A DNA stretch of 64,000 nucleotides from an uncultured Desulfospira sp. (GTDB taxonomy: Bacteria > Desulfobacterota > Desulfobacteria > Desulfobacterales > Desulfobacteraceae), in contig OY760175.1 of NCBI GenBank assembly GCA_963663165.1, positions 6,144,001 through 6,208,000 of the forward strand, given 5' to 3'. The notes below the pieces were generated by a model that worked only from the letters and a program-made list of their open reading frames with translations, ran no database searches and was not told the DNA's origin. Below, one piece after another: positions 37,539 to 46,674 of the stretch. How positions within the stretch are numbered: position 1 is the first letter of the stretch; the number at the start of each line of letters is the position of its first letter. The translations under genes were made by a program, and so were the position numbers.

Positions 37539-38501
37539 TTAAAAAATAGCGGACAGGTCGTTGAGCAATTCAACTGTCCCCCTGTAGGGCCTGCCTGTCA
37601 TAAGGCCGGGCCCTGAAGCGGAAAAGCGCAGCAGGATGGTGTTAAGTTCGTCGGGAATGTAGGGGAACAGTTTTTTAAGGTTCATGACCCGGTGGGGATA
37701 CATCAGGGACATGTCCGTCCCTTCTAAAGCGGACGTGAAATCCGGGTATGCTTCGGGCGTGTTCCGGATATTGTCCAAAGCGTGCCGCCCCTTGCCCACC
37801 ACCTGCTGCAAGACATTGCCCAGGCAGACCACATCCAGGTCAGGGCCGCTCATATCGTAGTCAAAATCGATCCAGGAAAGGGAAGAGAGCCTTTCCGTCC
37901 ACATCAGGTGATCGGCCCGGATATCCCCGTGGTGAAGGCCTGTTTCATGGAGTTTCGCGATGGCGGCCATACTTTCCAGGAACCGGGCCATGACCTGGGG
38001 GAACAGGGTGTCGAAATACGCCCTGTGGGACAGGTCAAGATCCCGCAGGTACTGGTAAAGAGACGGGCCGGGCAGAGGGTCCAGAATCCGGACCACGTTG
38101 CCGGCCCTGTCCTTAACCCACTTCCCCTGCATGAAATTGGGATGCCCGGTTACGGCGTCCAGAACAGCGGCCTCTTTTTCCGGGCTGCGGATGCAGTTAA
38201 ATGTCAGGGGGCCGATGCGCCCCTTAAACGTCTCCCTGAACACCAGCTTCACGATTTTCCGGGTATTGCTGTCAAGGTCCAGGGTCTTTTTCACCCAGAA
38301 CTTGGGTTGGTCGTCAATGCCGAATCGGCCTTCCCTGGCATGCCGGACAACCAGGTGGTCGCTGTTTCCCAGCCGCATCACGTCTCCCGGGGCAATGGAC
38401 ATGAACTGTGTGGTATCTTCAAAAACCCGGGGAGGTCTGCGGATATCCCTTCCTGTAAGTTGCCGGATTCTGCCGGACAGATCCGATCCCTGATATCCCA
38501 T
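37539..38501 (-). CDS. Protein-kinase-like (PKL fold) protein
   Basis: KIVK lysine, helix-C EKE, catalytic loop HGDIRADH, WIDFD metal-binding loop. Confidence 0.75.
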   Translation of the reverse strand: MGYQGSDLSGRIRQLTGRDIRRPPRVFEDTTQFMSIAPGDVMRLGNSDHLVVRHAREGRFGIDDQPKFWVKKTLDLDSNTRKIVKLVFRETFKGRIGPLTFNCIRSPEKEAAVLDAVTGHPNFMQGKWVKDRAGNVVRILDPLPGPSLYQYLRDLDLSHRAYFDTLFPQVMARFLESMAAIAKLHETGLHHGDIRADHLMWTERLSSLSWIDFDYDMSGPDLDVVCLGNVLQQVVGKGRHALDNIRNTPEAYPDFTSALEGTDMSLMYPHRVMNLKKLFPYIPDELNTILLRFSASGPGLMTGRPYRGTVELLNDLSAIF

Positions 38502-38542
38502 GGCCCCTCCTGTTGATGAGTGAATGCCTTAACTATAGGACC

Positions 38543-38558
38543 AGCAATTCCCATGCCA
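38543..38558 (-). promoter_or_regulatory. Sigma-54 promoter for the kinase-like gene
   Basis: Minus strand TGGCATGGGAATTGCT, GG-N10-GC, about 40 bp before ATG 38501. Confidence 0.75.
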
Positions 38559-38729
38559 GCAAACCGGCCATGGCAGGCCAAATACCCGGGTAGCGGGATC
38601 CTTTCCAGGCAAGGATTTTCAGCGGCCCTTGGTTGAAGCCTTACGGCCCGGATGGGATAAGGCCGCAAAAAAATCCAACGGTCTGTCCGTTTTTTTTACG
38701 TCAGGGTCCGGTTTTCAGGGGATGGGGGT

Positions 38730-38853
38730 CAATGTCATTAACTTAAGCGTTAATACAAGAAACTGGAAACAAGAGACAAGAGGGTGAAGCGCCGTTGGCG
38801 CCCATTTTATAACCCCTGCGCGCTATGCCAAATTTCTTAAGTTAATGGCATTG
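38730..38853. mobile_element. MITE family C (124 bp), IS4-like ends
   Basis: 18-bp TIR CAATGTCATTAACTTAAG / CTTAAGTTAATGGCATTG (1 mismatch); perfect 10-bp TSD GGATGGGGGT at 38720-38729 and 38854-38863. Confidence 0.88.
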
Positions 38854-38862
38854 GGATGGGGG

Positions 38863-39984
38863 TTACACTGACCGCCGGCGGAACATCCAGGCGGACAGGG
38901 GCAGGGTGACGGCGGCCATGATCAGCAGCGGCCATATCCGGGGCCAGACCATGGCAAGGTTGGCGCCTTCCAGGAAGATGCTGCGCAGGGCCGCCACAAT
39001 ATGGCAGACCGGGTTGACCACGTCGGCCTGCCTGAGCCAGGGTGGCATGTTCTCCACAGGGGTGGCAATCCCCGAAAGGATGATGGCCGGCATCATAAAC
39101 AAAAATGCGCCCAGAAGTCCCTGCTGCATGGTGGTGGAAAGGGATGACACCAGAAGGCCCACCCCCACAATGGAGATGATAAAACTAAGCAGGGCAATGA
39201 CCAGGGCGGCCGGGGTGCCCCTGAAGGGAATATCAAACCAGAACACCGCACCGGCGGCAAAGATAAGGGCATCGGCCATGCCAAAGAAAATGCCGGGCAG
39301 GGCTTTGCCCGTCAGAATTTCCCATGGGCTGAACGGGGCCACCAGCAGCTGGTCAAAGGTGCCGAATTCCCGTTCCCGGGCAACGGACAAGCTGGTGAGA
39401 ATCATTACCACCACCATGCTGATGATCCCGCCAAGGGCCGATACAATATACCACCGGCTGCTCAGGTTCTGATTGAACCATGCCCGCTCCACCAGCCTGA
39501 GGGCCGGGCCGTTTTGCCGGGTAATGCCCTGGTCTGACAGCGTTTGGTTGAAATTTTCCACAATGGATCCCAGGTATCCTAAGGCAATCATGGAGACATT
39601 GGGGGTTCTGCCGTCTGCGATGACCTGGATGTCCACCGGCTGCGCCTTGTAAAGGTTTGTTTCAAACTGCGGGCCGATGTGGATCACCAACCGGGCCTTT
39701 TCATTATTGATGGTTTGGGCCGCCTGCTGGCTGCCTGACAGGAAACCGGTCAGGTTGAACTTTCCGGAACCTTCCACATCAGCCAGAAAAGCCCTGGAAA
39801 GCACGGATCGGGATTCATCCCATACCGCATACCGCACATTTTCAAGGTCAAAGGTGGCGGCATAGCCAAACACAAAAAACTGGATAAGGGGCGGTACGAT
39901 GATGACAAACCGGCTTTTGGGGTCCTTGATGATAATGGCAAACTCTTTGGCCGCCAATGCAATTAAGCGTCGTATGGTTTTCAT
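38863..39984 (-). CDS. ybhR: ABC-2 type transporter permease (YbhR-like)
   Basis: FGYAATFD and SVAREREFGTFDQLLVAP motifs; position in the operon. Confidence 0.88.
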   Translation of the reverse strand: MKTIRRLIALAAKEFAIIIKDPKSRFVIIVPPLIQFFVFGYAATFDLENVRYAVWDESRSVLSRAFLADVEGSGKFNLTGFLSGSQQAAQTINNEKARLVIHIGPQFETNLYKAQPVDIQVIADGRTPNVSMIALGYLGSIVENFNQTLSDQGITRQNGPALRLVERAWFNQNLSSRWYIVSALGGIISMVVVMILTSLSVAREREFGTFDQLLVAPFSPWEILTGKALPGIFFGMADALIFAAGAVFWFDIPFRGTPAALVIALLSFIISIVGVGLLVSSLSTTMQQGLLGAFLFMMPAIILSGIATPVENMPPWLRQADVVNPVCHIVAALRSIFLEGANLAMVWPRIWPLLIMAAVTLPLSAWMFRRRSV

Positions 39985-39989
39985 GGGGA

Positions 39990-41108
39990 TCAAAGCCTCT
40001 TGGAAATTTTCCGGTAAGAAAGGGTCAAAAACAGCACGGCCATCAACGCCAGGACCAGGGCATTGGGCAGCAGCACCGGCCAGACGTCCCCGGCCGCAAA
40101 CAGGGTATGGCTGATGGTGACAAAATAACGGGCAGGGAAAATATAGCTGATATACTGGATCACCCTGGGGGTGGATTCCAGATCAAAAATCAGGCCGGAA
40201 AGGAAAAAAGCCGGCAAAAAACCGGCCACAATGGAGATCTGGGCCGCCACAAACTGGATTCGGATGGCAGCGGATAACAACAGCCCGAACCCCAGGCAGG
40301 TCAGCATGAAAAGGGAACTGAGCAGGATCAGTGCTCCGACAGAGCCCCTGAAGGGCACGTCAAACAGGACGGTGCCCACCGCTACGGACATGCCCATGCC
40401 CAGCATTCCCAGGACATAATAGGGCAGGGTTTTGCCCAGCAGGATGTCTATCTTTCGCAAGGGGGTGACCAGCATGGCCTCCATGGTTCCCCGTTCCCAT
40501 TCCCGGGCAATGACCAGGGCGGTTAAGAGGATGCCGATCAGGGTCATGATCAGGGTGATCAGCCCTGGAATCAAAAAATACCGGCTTACGGCCGCCTCAT
40601 TAAACCAGATGCGCGGGGATATGGTTACCATGGCCCCGGCGGCCGGTTTCCCCTGTGCCAGGCGCTGGGCCGCCCACAGGTTTCCAATGGTTTTACCGTA
40701 CCCTTCAATGAGCCGCGCCCGGTTGGCGTCAATTCCGTTCAGGATCAGCTGCACCGGTGATGGGGAGCCGGTCTCAAGGCGGGAAGTAAAATCGTTTTGA
40801 ATTAAGATGATCCCGTCGGCAGCCCGGTTTTGGATCATGACCCTGGCCTGTGCCATGTTCCGGACCGGGCGGATCTCGAAGTTGGGTGACAGGGCAAACC
40901 GGGCCGCAAGGTCCCGGGACATGGCCCCCCGGTCCTCATTGACCAGGGCCAGGGGCACATGCTCCGCATCCAGGCTCACGCCGTAGCCAAAAATGATAAG
41001 CAGGACCAGGGGCATGACCATGGCCAGAATAATGGAACTGGGATCCCTCAGTATTTGAAGGGTTTCTTTGCGCAGCACCCCGTAAAGGCGCATGATGAAA
41101 CGTCTCAT
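39990..41108 (-). CDS. ybhS: ABC-2 type transporter permease (YbhS-like)
   Basis: KETLQILRDPSS, IFGYGVSLD and AREWERGTMEAML motifs; ATGA overlap with the ATPase. Confidence 0.88.
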   Translation of the reverse strand: MRRFIMRLYGVLRKETLQILRDPSSIILAMVMPLVLLIIFGYGVSLDAEHVPLALVNEDRGAMSRDLAARFALSPNFEIRPVRNMAQARVMIQNRAADGIILIQNDFTSRLETGSPSPVQLILNGIDANRARLIEGYGKTIGNLWAAQRLAQGKPAAGAMVTISPRIWFNEAAVSRYFLIPGLITLIMTLIGILLTALVIAREWERGTMEAMLVTPLRKIDILLGKTLPYYVLGMLGMGMSVAVGTVLFDVPFRGSVGALILLSSLFMLTCLGFGLLLSAAIRIQFVAAQISIVAGFLPAFFLSGLIFDLESTPRVIQYISYIFPARYFVTISHTLFAAGDVWPVLLPNALVLALMAVLFLTLSYRKISKRL

Positions 41109-42925
41109 GGCAGGCATTCCTTTTCCGGTTCGAGGTTGTCATCGGGACCGCTGTGTTGAGCCAAAGCCGTTCCCATGGCCAGGGCAATAAACGCATCATC
41201 CATGGTGGGCCGGGGGTTTTCCGGGGTCCGGGCCAGGCGCCGGATCTGCCCCGGCGTGCCCATGGCCAGGGTCTGTCCCTTGCTCATGATGAGCATGCGG
41301 TCACAGTATTCGGCTTCCTCCATGAAATGGGTGGTGACGATCACGGTCACCCCCTGTTCGGCAAATCCGTTGATCCTGAGCCAGAACTCTCTGCGGGCAA
41401 AGGGGTCCACCCCTGAGGTGGGTTCGTCCAAAAACAGGATATCCGGTTCATGGAGCAGGGCGGCAGCCATGGAAAGCCGCTGTTTGTAACCGCCGGGAAG
41501 ATCCTGGGCCGCCTTTTTTTCCCATGCGTTAAGGCCGAATTCTTCAAAAGCCCAGCCGATCCGGGCCGATAGTTGTTTTCTTGAAAGGCCGTAGGATTTG
41601 CCGAAAAATTCAAGGTTTCCCCTTACGCTGAGCTGGCCGTAAAGGGAGAACTGCTGGGCCATGTACCCCAAGCGGGCCCGGGCCTTTGCCCGGGATGTTC
41701 TCAAGTTCCGTCCGGCCACCCGGATGTCTCCTGCGCTGGCCGGTAAAAGTCCGCAGAGCATGCGAAAGGTGGTGCTTTTGCCAGCCCCGTTAGGGCCTAA
41801 AAGCCCGAAAATTTCCCCCTGCTTTACCGTAAAGCTCAGATCGTTGACCGCAGTGAAGCTGCCAAACCGTTTGCACAGGTGATCCGTACGGACAAGGGCA
41901 TCTCGATCCGGAATTTCAGGATTTCGATGCCCTGTGCCGGCCACGGGTTCTATACGGGCCTCCTGGTTGGGGATCAGGGCCATGAAGGCATCTTCAAATT
42001 CTGGAGATGCCGTTAAAATTCTGCCGCCCCGGCCGTTTAAAATTGCTGCAATCCGCTCCTTTCCGGCGGTTTTGCCAACAGGTTCCGTCACCACCCGGAC
42101 CCGGCCGGACCGGATGGTGGCATCCACAATGCCGTTTTCCCCGGCAAGGCGGGTATAGATCTGCCGGGGCCGGGCCTGTTCATCGGGTTCCACCAGAAAA
42201 ACCCGTTGTGCCATGGCGGCGGTAAATTCCCGGGGCAGTCCCTGGGCCAACAGACGGCCATGGTCCATGACCAGCACTTTCCCGCAGCTTTGGGCTTCAT
42301 CCATATAGGCGGTGGCGGCCAGCACGCCGATGCCGTCGTTTTCAACCAGCTCATAGACGATTTTCCACAGTTCGCGCCGAGACACGGGATCCACGCCCAC
42401 GGTGGGTTCATCCAGGAGCAACAGTTCAGGAGACTTGACCAGGGCGCAGGCAAGGCCGAGCTTTTGTTTCATGCCGCCGGACAATGCCCCGGCCCGGCGC
42501 CGGGTGTACCGGGAAAGATCGGTCATGGACAGCAGCCTTTCAAACCGGGCCTTTCGTTTGTTTAAGGCAACCCCTTGCAGATCGGCATAGAGCCTGAGGT
42601 TTTCCAAAACCGTCAGGTCCTGGTAAAGGCCGAATTTCTGGGGCATATACCCCACCCGGCTCTGGATTTTAAGCGCGTTGGCCACACTGTCCAGACCCAG
42701 CAGGGTCATTTTTCCGGAACTTGGCGCCAGAAGCCCTGCGGCAATGCGGATCAGGGTGGTCTTCCCAGCCCCGTCCGCCCCTACAAGGCCGGTGATAAGG
42801 CCCGGCTCAACTGTGAAATTCACGTCATCCAGGGCCTTTATTTCCCGGCTGCCCTTGACCGCAAAGGTTTTGTTCAAGGCTGTGGCACACAGGACCACAT
42901 TGGGGGTATGGGGTAAAGGGGCCAT
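41105..42925 (-). CDS. ybhF: Dual-NBD ABC transporter ATP-binding protein (YbhF-like)
   Basis: Two Walker A motifs (GADGAGKT, GPNGAGKS), LSGGMKQ, two LDEPT motifs. Confidence 0.92.
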   Translation of the reverse strand: MAPLPHTPNVVLCATALNKTFAVKGSREIKALDDVNFTVEPGLITGLVGADGAGKTTLIRIAAGLLAPSSGKMTLLGLDSVANALKIQSRVGYMPQKFGLYQDLTVLENLRLYADLQGVALNKRKARFERLLSMTDLSRYTRRRAGALSGGMKQKLGLACALVKSPELLLLDEPTVGVDPVSRRELWKIVYELVENDGIGVLAATAYMDEAQSCGKVLVMDHGRLLAQGLPREFTAAMAQRVFLVEPDEQARPRQIYTRLAGENGIVDATIRSGRVRVVTEPVGKTAGKERIAAILNGRGGRILTASPEFEDAFMALIPNQEARIEPVAGTGHRNPEIPDRDALVRTDHLCKRFGSFTAVNDLSFTVKQGEIFGLLGPNGAGKSTTFRMLCGLLPASAGDIRVAGRNLRTSRAKARARLGYMAQQFSLYGQLSVRGNLEFFGKSYGLSRKQLSARIGWAFEEFGLNAWEKKAAQDLPGGYKQRLSMAAALLHEPDILFLDEPTSGVDPFARREFWLRINGFAEQGVTVIVTTHFMEEAEYCDRMLIMSKGQTLAMGTPGQIRRLARTPENPRPTMDDAFIALAMGTALAQHSGPDDNLEPEKECLP

Positions 42926-42930
42926 GGTGT

Positions 42931-43971
42931 TTATTTGTCCGTTGAGCAGTTATCGGACAGGGCCCGGGCCGTTGTTCCGGCCTCATGTCCATTGACCGTG
43001 ACCGTGACCGGCATGCCCAGGCGCAGGCGGTCCTCAGGGTCCTTGACAAAGACCCTTGCCTCGTAGACCAGCTGGGTTCGCAGGTCCTCAGTGGCCACGG
43101 AACGGGGCGTAAACTCGGCCACAGGGGAGATGAACCCCACCCAGCCGGGAACGGGCTGCCCGGGAAAAGAGTCGCTGAACACCATGGCGCCCATCCCTAA
43201 ATTGATCTTGCCCAGCATGGGCTCGGGGATATAGGCCCGGACCCATTTGGGATCGGTAAGGGCCAGGACAAATGCGGGACGGGCGGGTCCGGCCAGTTCC
43301 CCTTTTTCCAGGATCCTGGACTGGATAATGCCCGGGGCGGGTGCTGTCAGGGTCATGTCCGAAAGCCGGATCTGCAATTGGGAAAGGGCGGCCTCTAATG
43401 CTTCGAGCTGGTGGCGGGCGGCGGATATATCTTCTTTCCTAGGACCTTCCACCATAAGGCTTAAGGATTTTTCACATACCTTGAGCTGGGCCTTTTCCAC
43501 CTTGAGGCGGGATTGGGCATCATCCAGTTCCTGGCGGCTGGTGGCACCGGAACCGGATGTTTTTTCCAGCCGTTTGAGGGTCTGCCTGACATTGTCCACC
43601 CGGGCTTTGGCGGCCGCTACCTGGGCCCTTGCCTGATCAATCTCCTGGGGCCGGTTGCCGGTCTCCAGGCGGCACACGGTTTCCTTCTGGGCGGCGATTT
43701 TGGCTTTGGCCTCGGCTATGGCGGCTTCAAGCCGGCTGGCGCGCAGCCTGGCCAGAATATCCCCTTGTTTTACCGGCATGCCCTCTTCAACCAGAATGTC
43801 GGCAACGATTTCCTGCTCGGTAAAGGCAAGGGCGGCATCCCGGATGTCAATGGTGCCGTATATCTTAAGTTCCGGCGCATCCTCTCCCGGTTGGTTTTTT
43901 TGATACGGCCAATACGTATAGGCGCCGGCACCCAGAAGAATCAGTATGATGACAGGGATTATTTTTTTCAT
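42931..43971 (-). CDS. ybhG: HlyD-family membrane fusion protein (YbhG-like)
   Basis: YGTIDIR, coiled-coil hairpin, ISPVAEFTP and LRLGMPV motifs. Confidence 0.9.
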   Translation of the reverse strand: MKKIIPVIILILLGAGAYTYWPYQKNQPGEDAPELKIYGTIDIRDAALAFTEQEIVADILVEEGMPVKQGDILARLRASRLEAAIAEAKAKIAAQKETVCRLETGNRPQEIDQARAQVAAAKARVDNVRQTLKRLEKTSGSGATSRQELDDAQSRLKVEKAQLKVCEKSLSLMVEGPRKEDISAARHQLEALEAALSQLQIRLSDMTLTAPAPGIIQSRILEKGELAGPARPAFVLALTDPKWVRAYIPEPMLGKINLGMGAMVFSDSFPGQPVPGWVGFISPVAEFTPRSVATEDLRTQLVYEARVFVKDPEDRLRLGMPVTVTVNGHEAGTTARALSDNCSTDK

Positions 43972-43998
43972 GATGGTATCCTTTATTAAAGCTAACAG

Positions 43999-45495
43999 CT
44001 AATGTCTTTTCCCATTCGTTACGGCCAGTCCGGAATCAGCATCCAGCCAGCCCGTATCCGTTATTACACCCTGCCAGCCGCCACCCAGGGCCCGGTACAG
44101 GGACACGGTCTGGGAAAGCGCCTGCTGACGGGCCGTTAATAAGGATTCCTGGATCAGGACCAGTTGCTGCTCATTGTCAAGAACCTGGAATAAATTGCCC
44201 AGTCCTGCCCGGTACAGTTCATCAGCTAAGGCCACGCTATGGGCGGCGGCCTTTTGGGCCTGGATCAGCGCTTCGACTTTGCGCCGGCTTTTACTCACCC
44301 CCACCATGGCGGTTTCCACCTCGGCCAGGGCCTGAATGATCTGCTGTTCCAGGGCCAGGCGGGCCTGTTGGGCCCGGGACTGCTGAACGGCAATCTTCGA
44401 TTCAATCCGGTTTCCGGTGAACAGCGGAAAGGAAACCCCCGGCCCCAGGCTATACACCAGGGCATCTTTGCCAAACAGCCCGGCTGCCGTATCCGTGGAC
44501 AGGGTAAGCCGGCCTGAAATGGCCAGGGCCGGGTATTGTTCCGCCTGGACCGCCCCGATTCCGGCCACGGCACTGTGGTACTGGTGCAGGGCCAGGGCAA
44601 TGTCCGGCCTGCGGCTTACAAGGTCTGCCGGCAGGCCCGTACCCATCAGGGGCGGCACCTGGGGCAGGGGCCCCGGGGGAATCACCAGGTCTTTGCGGCT
44701 TAACATCACCTTGATTCTGTTTTGGGCCGCGGCAAGGGCACTGGACAGCTCGGGAAGACGGGCCCTGGTACCGGCAATGAGACGGTCGGCTTGGGCCACA
44801 GTCAGGGCCGTTCCGTTGCCGGCTTCAAAATCTGACCGGGCCAGGGCCCGGGTTCTGATCTGCAGGTCAAGGGTTTCATTAACATTGTCAATCCGGGCCG
44901 CCAGAATCCGGGCCTCGATATAGGCCAGACTGAGTTCGGCGCACAGGGAAACAAACATCCCGTAGAAATCCGCATAGCTTGCCCGGATATCTTCTTCCCC
45001 GGCTTCCAGCAACCGGGCCGTCCGGCCCCACAGGTCCGCTTCCCATCCGGCGGTGAGCCCGGCTGAATAAACATCCAGTGTTTTTCCGGCCTGTATGCCT
45101 TGAAGGGAAACCACTTTGTCTTGGGCCGACGCCCGGGTGTATCCCAAGGCCGCAGCCAGCTGCAATTGTTTGTCCGCCGCTGTCACACCGTTTCGGGCAG
45201 CCGCCTCAACCACCCGTTCCCGGGCCTGGGACAAGGGGATGCTGGACCCGTTCAACTGTTGGATCAGGCCGGACAGCACCGGGTCGTTGAACTGCTGCCA
45301 CCACTGGCTCTCCGGTTCCCGGGAACGGTTAAACGCTGTTTCATTCAGGTCTGCCGCCGCCCATTTTCCCGGCAGATTGTCTGCCATGTCTGGCGGTGAG
45401 AAATCCGGCCCGACCATACAGGAGGAAAGACAGAAGACCTGGGCCATGATCACGATCAATACCGGCAGGCGCCGGGGCAGGGTGTGTGTTTTCAT
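43999..45495 (-). CDS. Outer-membrane efflux lipoprotein (NodT/OprM/TolC family)
   Basis: Start likely ATG 45495; CMVGPDF lipobox, WWQQFNDP, WEADLWG, RRPDI and LYRALGGGW motifs. Confidence 0.92.
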   Translation of the reverse strand: MKTHTLPRRLPVLIVIMAQVFCLSSCMVGPDFSPPDMADNLPGKWAAADLNETAFNRSREPESQWWQQFNDPVLSGLIQQLNGSSIPLSQARERVVEAAARNGVTAADKQLQLAAALGYTRASAQDKVVSLQGIQAGKTLDVYSAGLTAGWEADLWGRTARLLEAGEEDIRASYADFYGMFVSLCAELSLAYIEARILAARIDNVNETLDLQIRTRALARSDFEAGNGTALTVAQADRLIAGTRARLPELSSALAAAQNRIKVMLSRKDLVIPPGPLPQVPPLMGTGLPADLVSRRPDIALALHQYHSAVAGIGAVQAEQYPALAISGRLTLSTDTAAGLFGKDALVYSLGPGVSFPLFTGNRIESKIAVQQSRAQQARLALEQQIIQALAEVETAMVGVSKSRRKVEALIQAQKAAAHSVALADELYRAGLGNLFQVLDNEQQLVLIQESLLTARQQALSQTVSLYRALGGGWQGVITDTGWLDADSGLAVTNGKRH

Positions 45496-45499
45496 TTCG

Positions 45500-46186
45500 T
45501 TAAAGCTCCTGTGTTCGTGATGTTTCTTCTGATATGCCAAGAATCGCCATGGTGTGGGCCACCACCACCTCTTTGATTTCTTCCACCTCGCTTGCGCTGT
45601 ATCCTTCAAGATCAAGGGCCCGGACAACGGTTTCCCGGCCCACCCGGAAGATAACCAGCTGCCCCATGACAGCCGCAGCCCGGAGCTTTGCCCGCCTTGG
45701 GGAAGGTTCCCCCGTAACGGCCATGATCAACGTGGCAAATGAGTTTAATATGGGTTTCATAAACCCTTCAAAAATCATGGGGTATGCCTGGCTGGGATAC
45801 ATTTGTTCGCGAAGGATAATTTTAGCAAACCGTGGCCCCTGTTCGGTTCCGGCAATAAAGCCGATGAACCGTTCCACCAGGGCCCGGGTCAGTTCCCTGG
45901 CTTTTTGCCGGCCGGATTCGCCGGTAAAGGAGGGGGTGTTGGCAATCATTTCAACAAGTCCGCCGCTTTCTTTTTTGATCCGTTCAACGATGTGGGCTAC
46001 GGCTGCCTGGTATAGGCCTTGCTTCCCGCCGAAATAATAAGGGATGGCGGAAATGTTGACCCCGGCTTCTTTTACGATCATCCGGGTGGTGGCCGCTTCA
46101 AATCCATGCCGGCCAAATATGTCAATGGCCGTTTCCAGCAAACGGTCCCGGGCTGCGGCAGAGGGCTGTTCTTCAACGGGTGTCAT
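45500..46186 (-). CDS. cecR: TetR-family regulator, CecR/YbiH-like
   Basis: TetR HTH (GFEAATTR...AGVNISAIPYYFGGKQGLY), ILREQ C-domain; heads the ybhGFSR-like operon. Confidence 0.8.
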   Translation of the reverse strand: MTPVEEQPSAAARDRLLETAIDIFGRHGFEAATTRMIVKEAGVNISAIPYYFGGKQGLYQAAVAHIVERIKKESGGLVEMIANTPSFTGESGRQKARELTRALVERFIGFIAGTEQGPRFAKIILREQMYPSQAYPMIFEGFMKPILNSFATLIMAVTGEPSPRRAKLRAAAVMGQLVIFRVGRETVVRALDLEGYSASEVEEIKEVVVAHTMAILGISEETSRTQEL

Positions 46187-46210
46187 AAGGTCTCCCTTTT
46201 TGGGGTTGGG

Positions 46211-46342
46211 TTTTTATAAGAAACTGGAGACAAGAAACAAGAGACAAGAGGGCGAAGCCCCTGCGGTGCCCAATTTATAGTCTACCGTTGCTGGTGTCTT
46301 CAGTTTCATTATTCGTTGTGGGCTTGTGGCCCATGGCCGTTA
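46211..46342. repeat. Modular intergenic repeat family E, copy 2 (in the predicted cecR 5' leader)
   Basis: Matches 3621-3731; ends TGGCCGTTA. Confidence 0.85.
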
Positions 46343-46347
46343 TATGC

Positions 46348-46398
46348 AGAATAATTCAATCGATTGATTGAGTCAAGTGATTAAATCAAACGATTGAA
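46348..46398 (-). promoter_or_regulatory. Sigma-70 promoter overlapped by two inverted TetR-type operator sites
   Basis: Minus strand TTGACT (46376-46371)-17 nt-TATTCT (46353-46348); TTCAATCGATTGATT (46355-46369) and AATCAAACGATTGAA (46384-46398) form a 15-bp IR with 1 mismatch. Confidence 0.7.
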
Positions 46399-46580
46399 GT
46401 TTTTTTACTGCCAGGCAGAATTTGTACTCAGCGAAATGATGGGGAACGATTCAGGAATAGGGCAGGAAAGGAAAAGTGGTGATGGAAAAAACTTGAACGG
46501 GTCGCTGGTCAGGATGGGGACCATGGCGTTGTTGGACTTGGGATATGGGGTTTGGGAACTCAAATTTGTAGAAAATGGAG

Positions 46581-46649
46581 ACCGGAAGAAGGGAGACCGG
46601 ATCTCGTGCATTTTTAAGGGGTGTGCCTTCCGGTCTCCCTTCTTCCGGT
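46581..46649. terminator. 21-bp perfect inverted repeat built from GGAGACC-type units, downstream of pxpC
   Basis: ACCGGAAGAAGGGAGACCGGA (46581-46601) / TCCGGTCTCCCTTCTTCCGGT (46629-46649). Confidence 0.6.
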
Positions 46650-46674
46650 TTTCGGTCTCCCTGGGCTCAACTAT

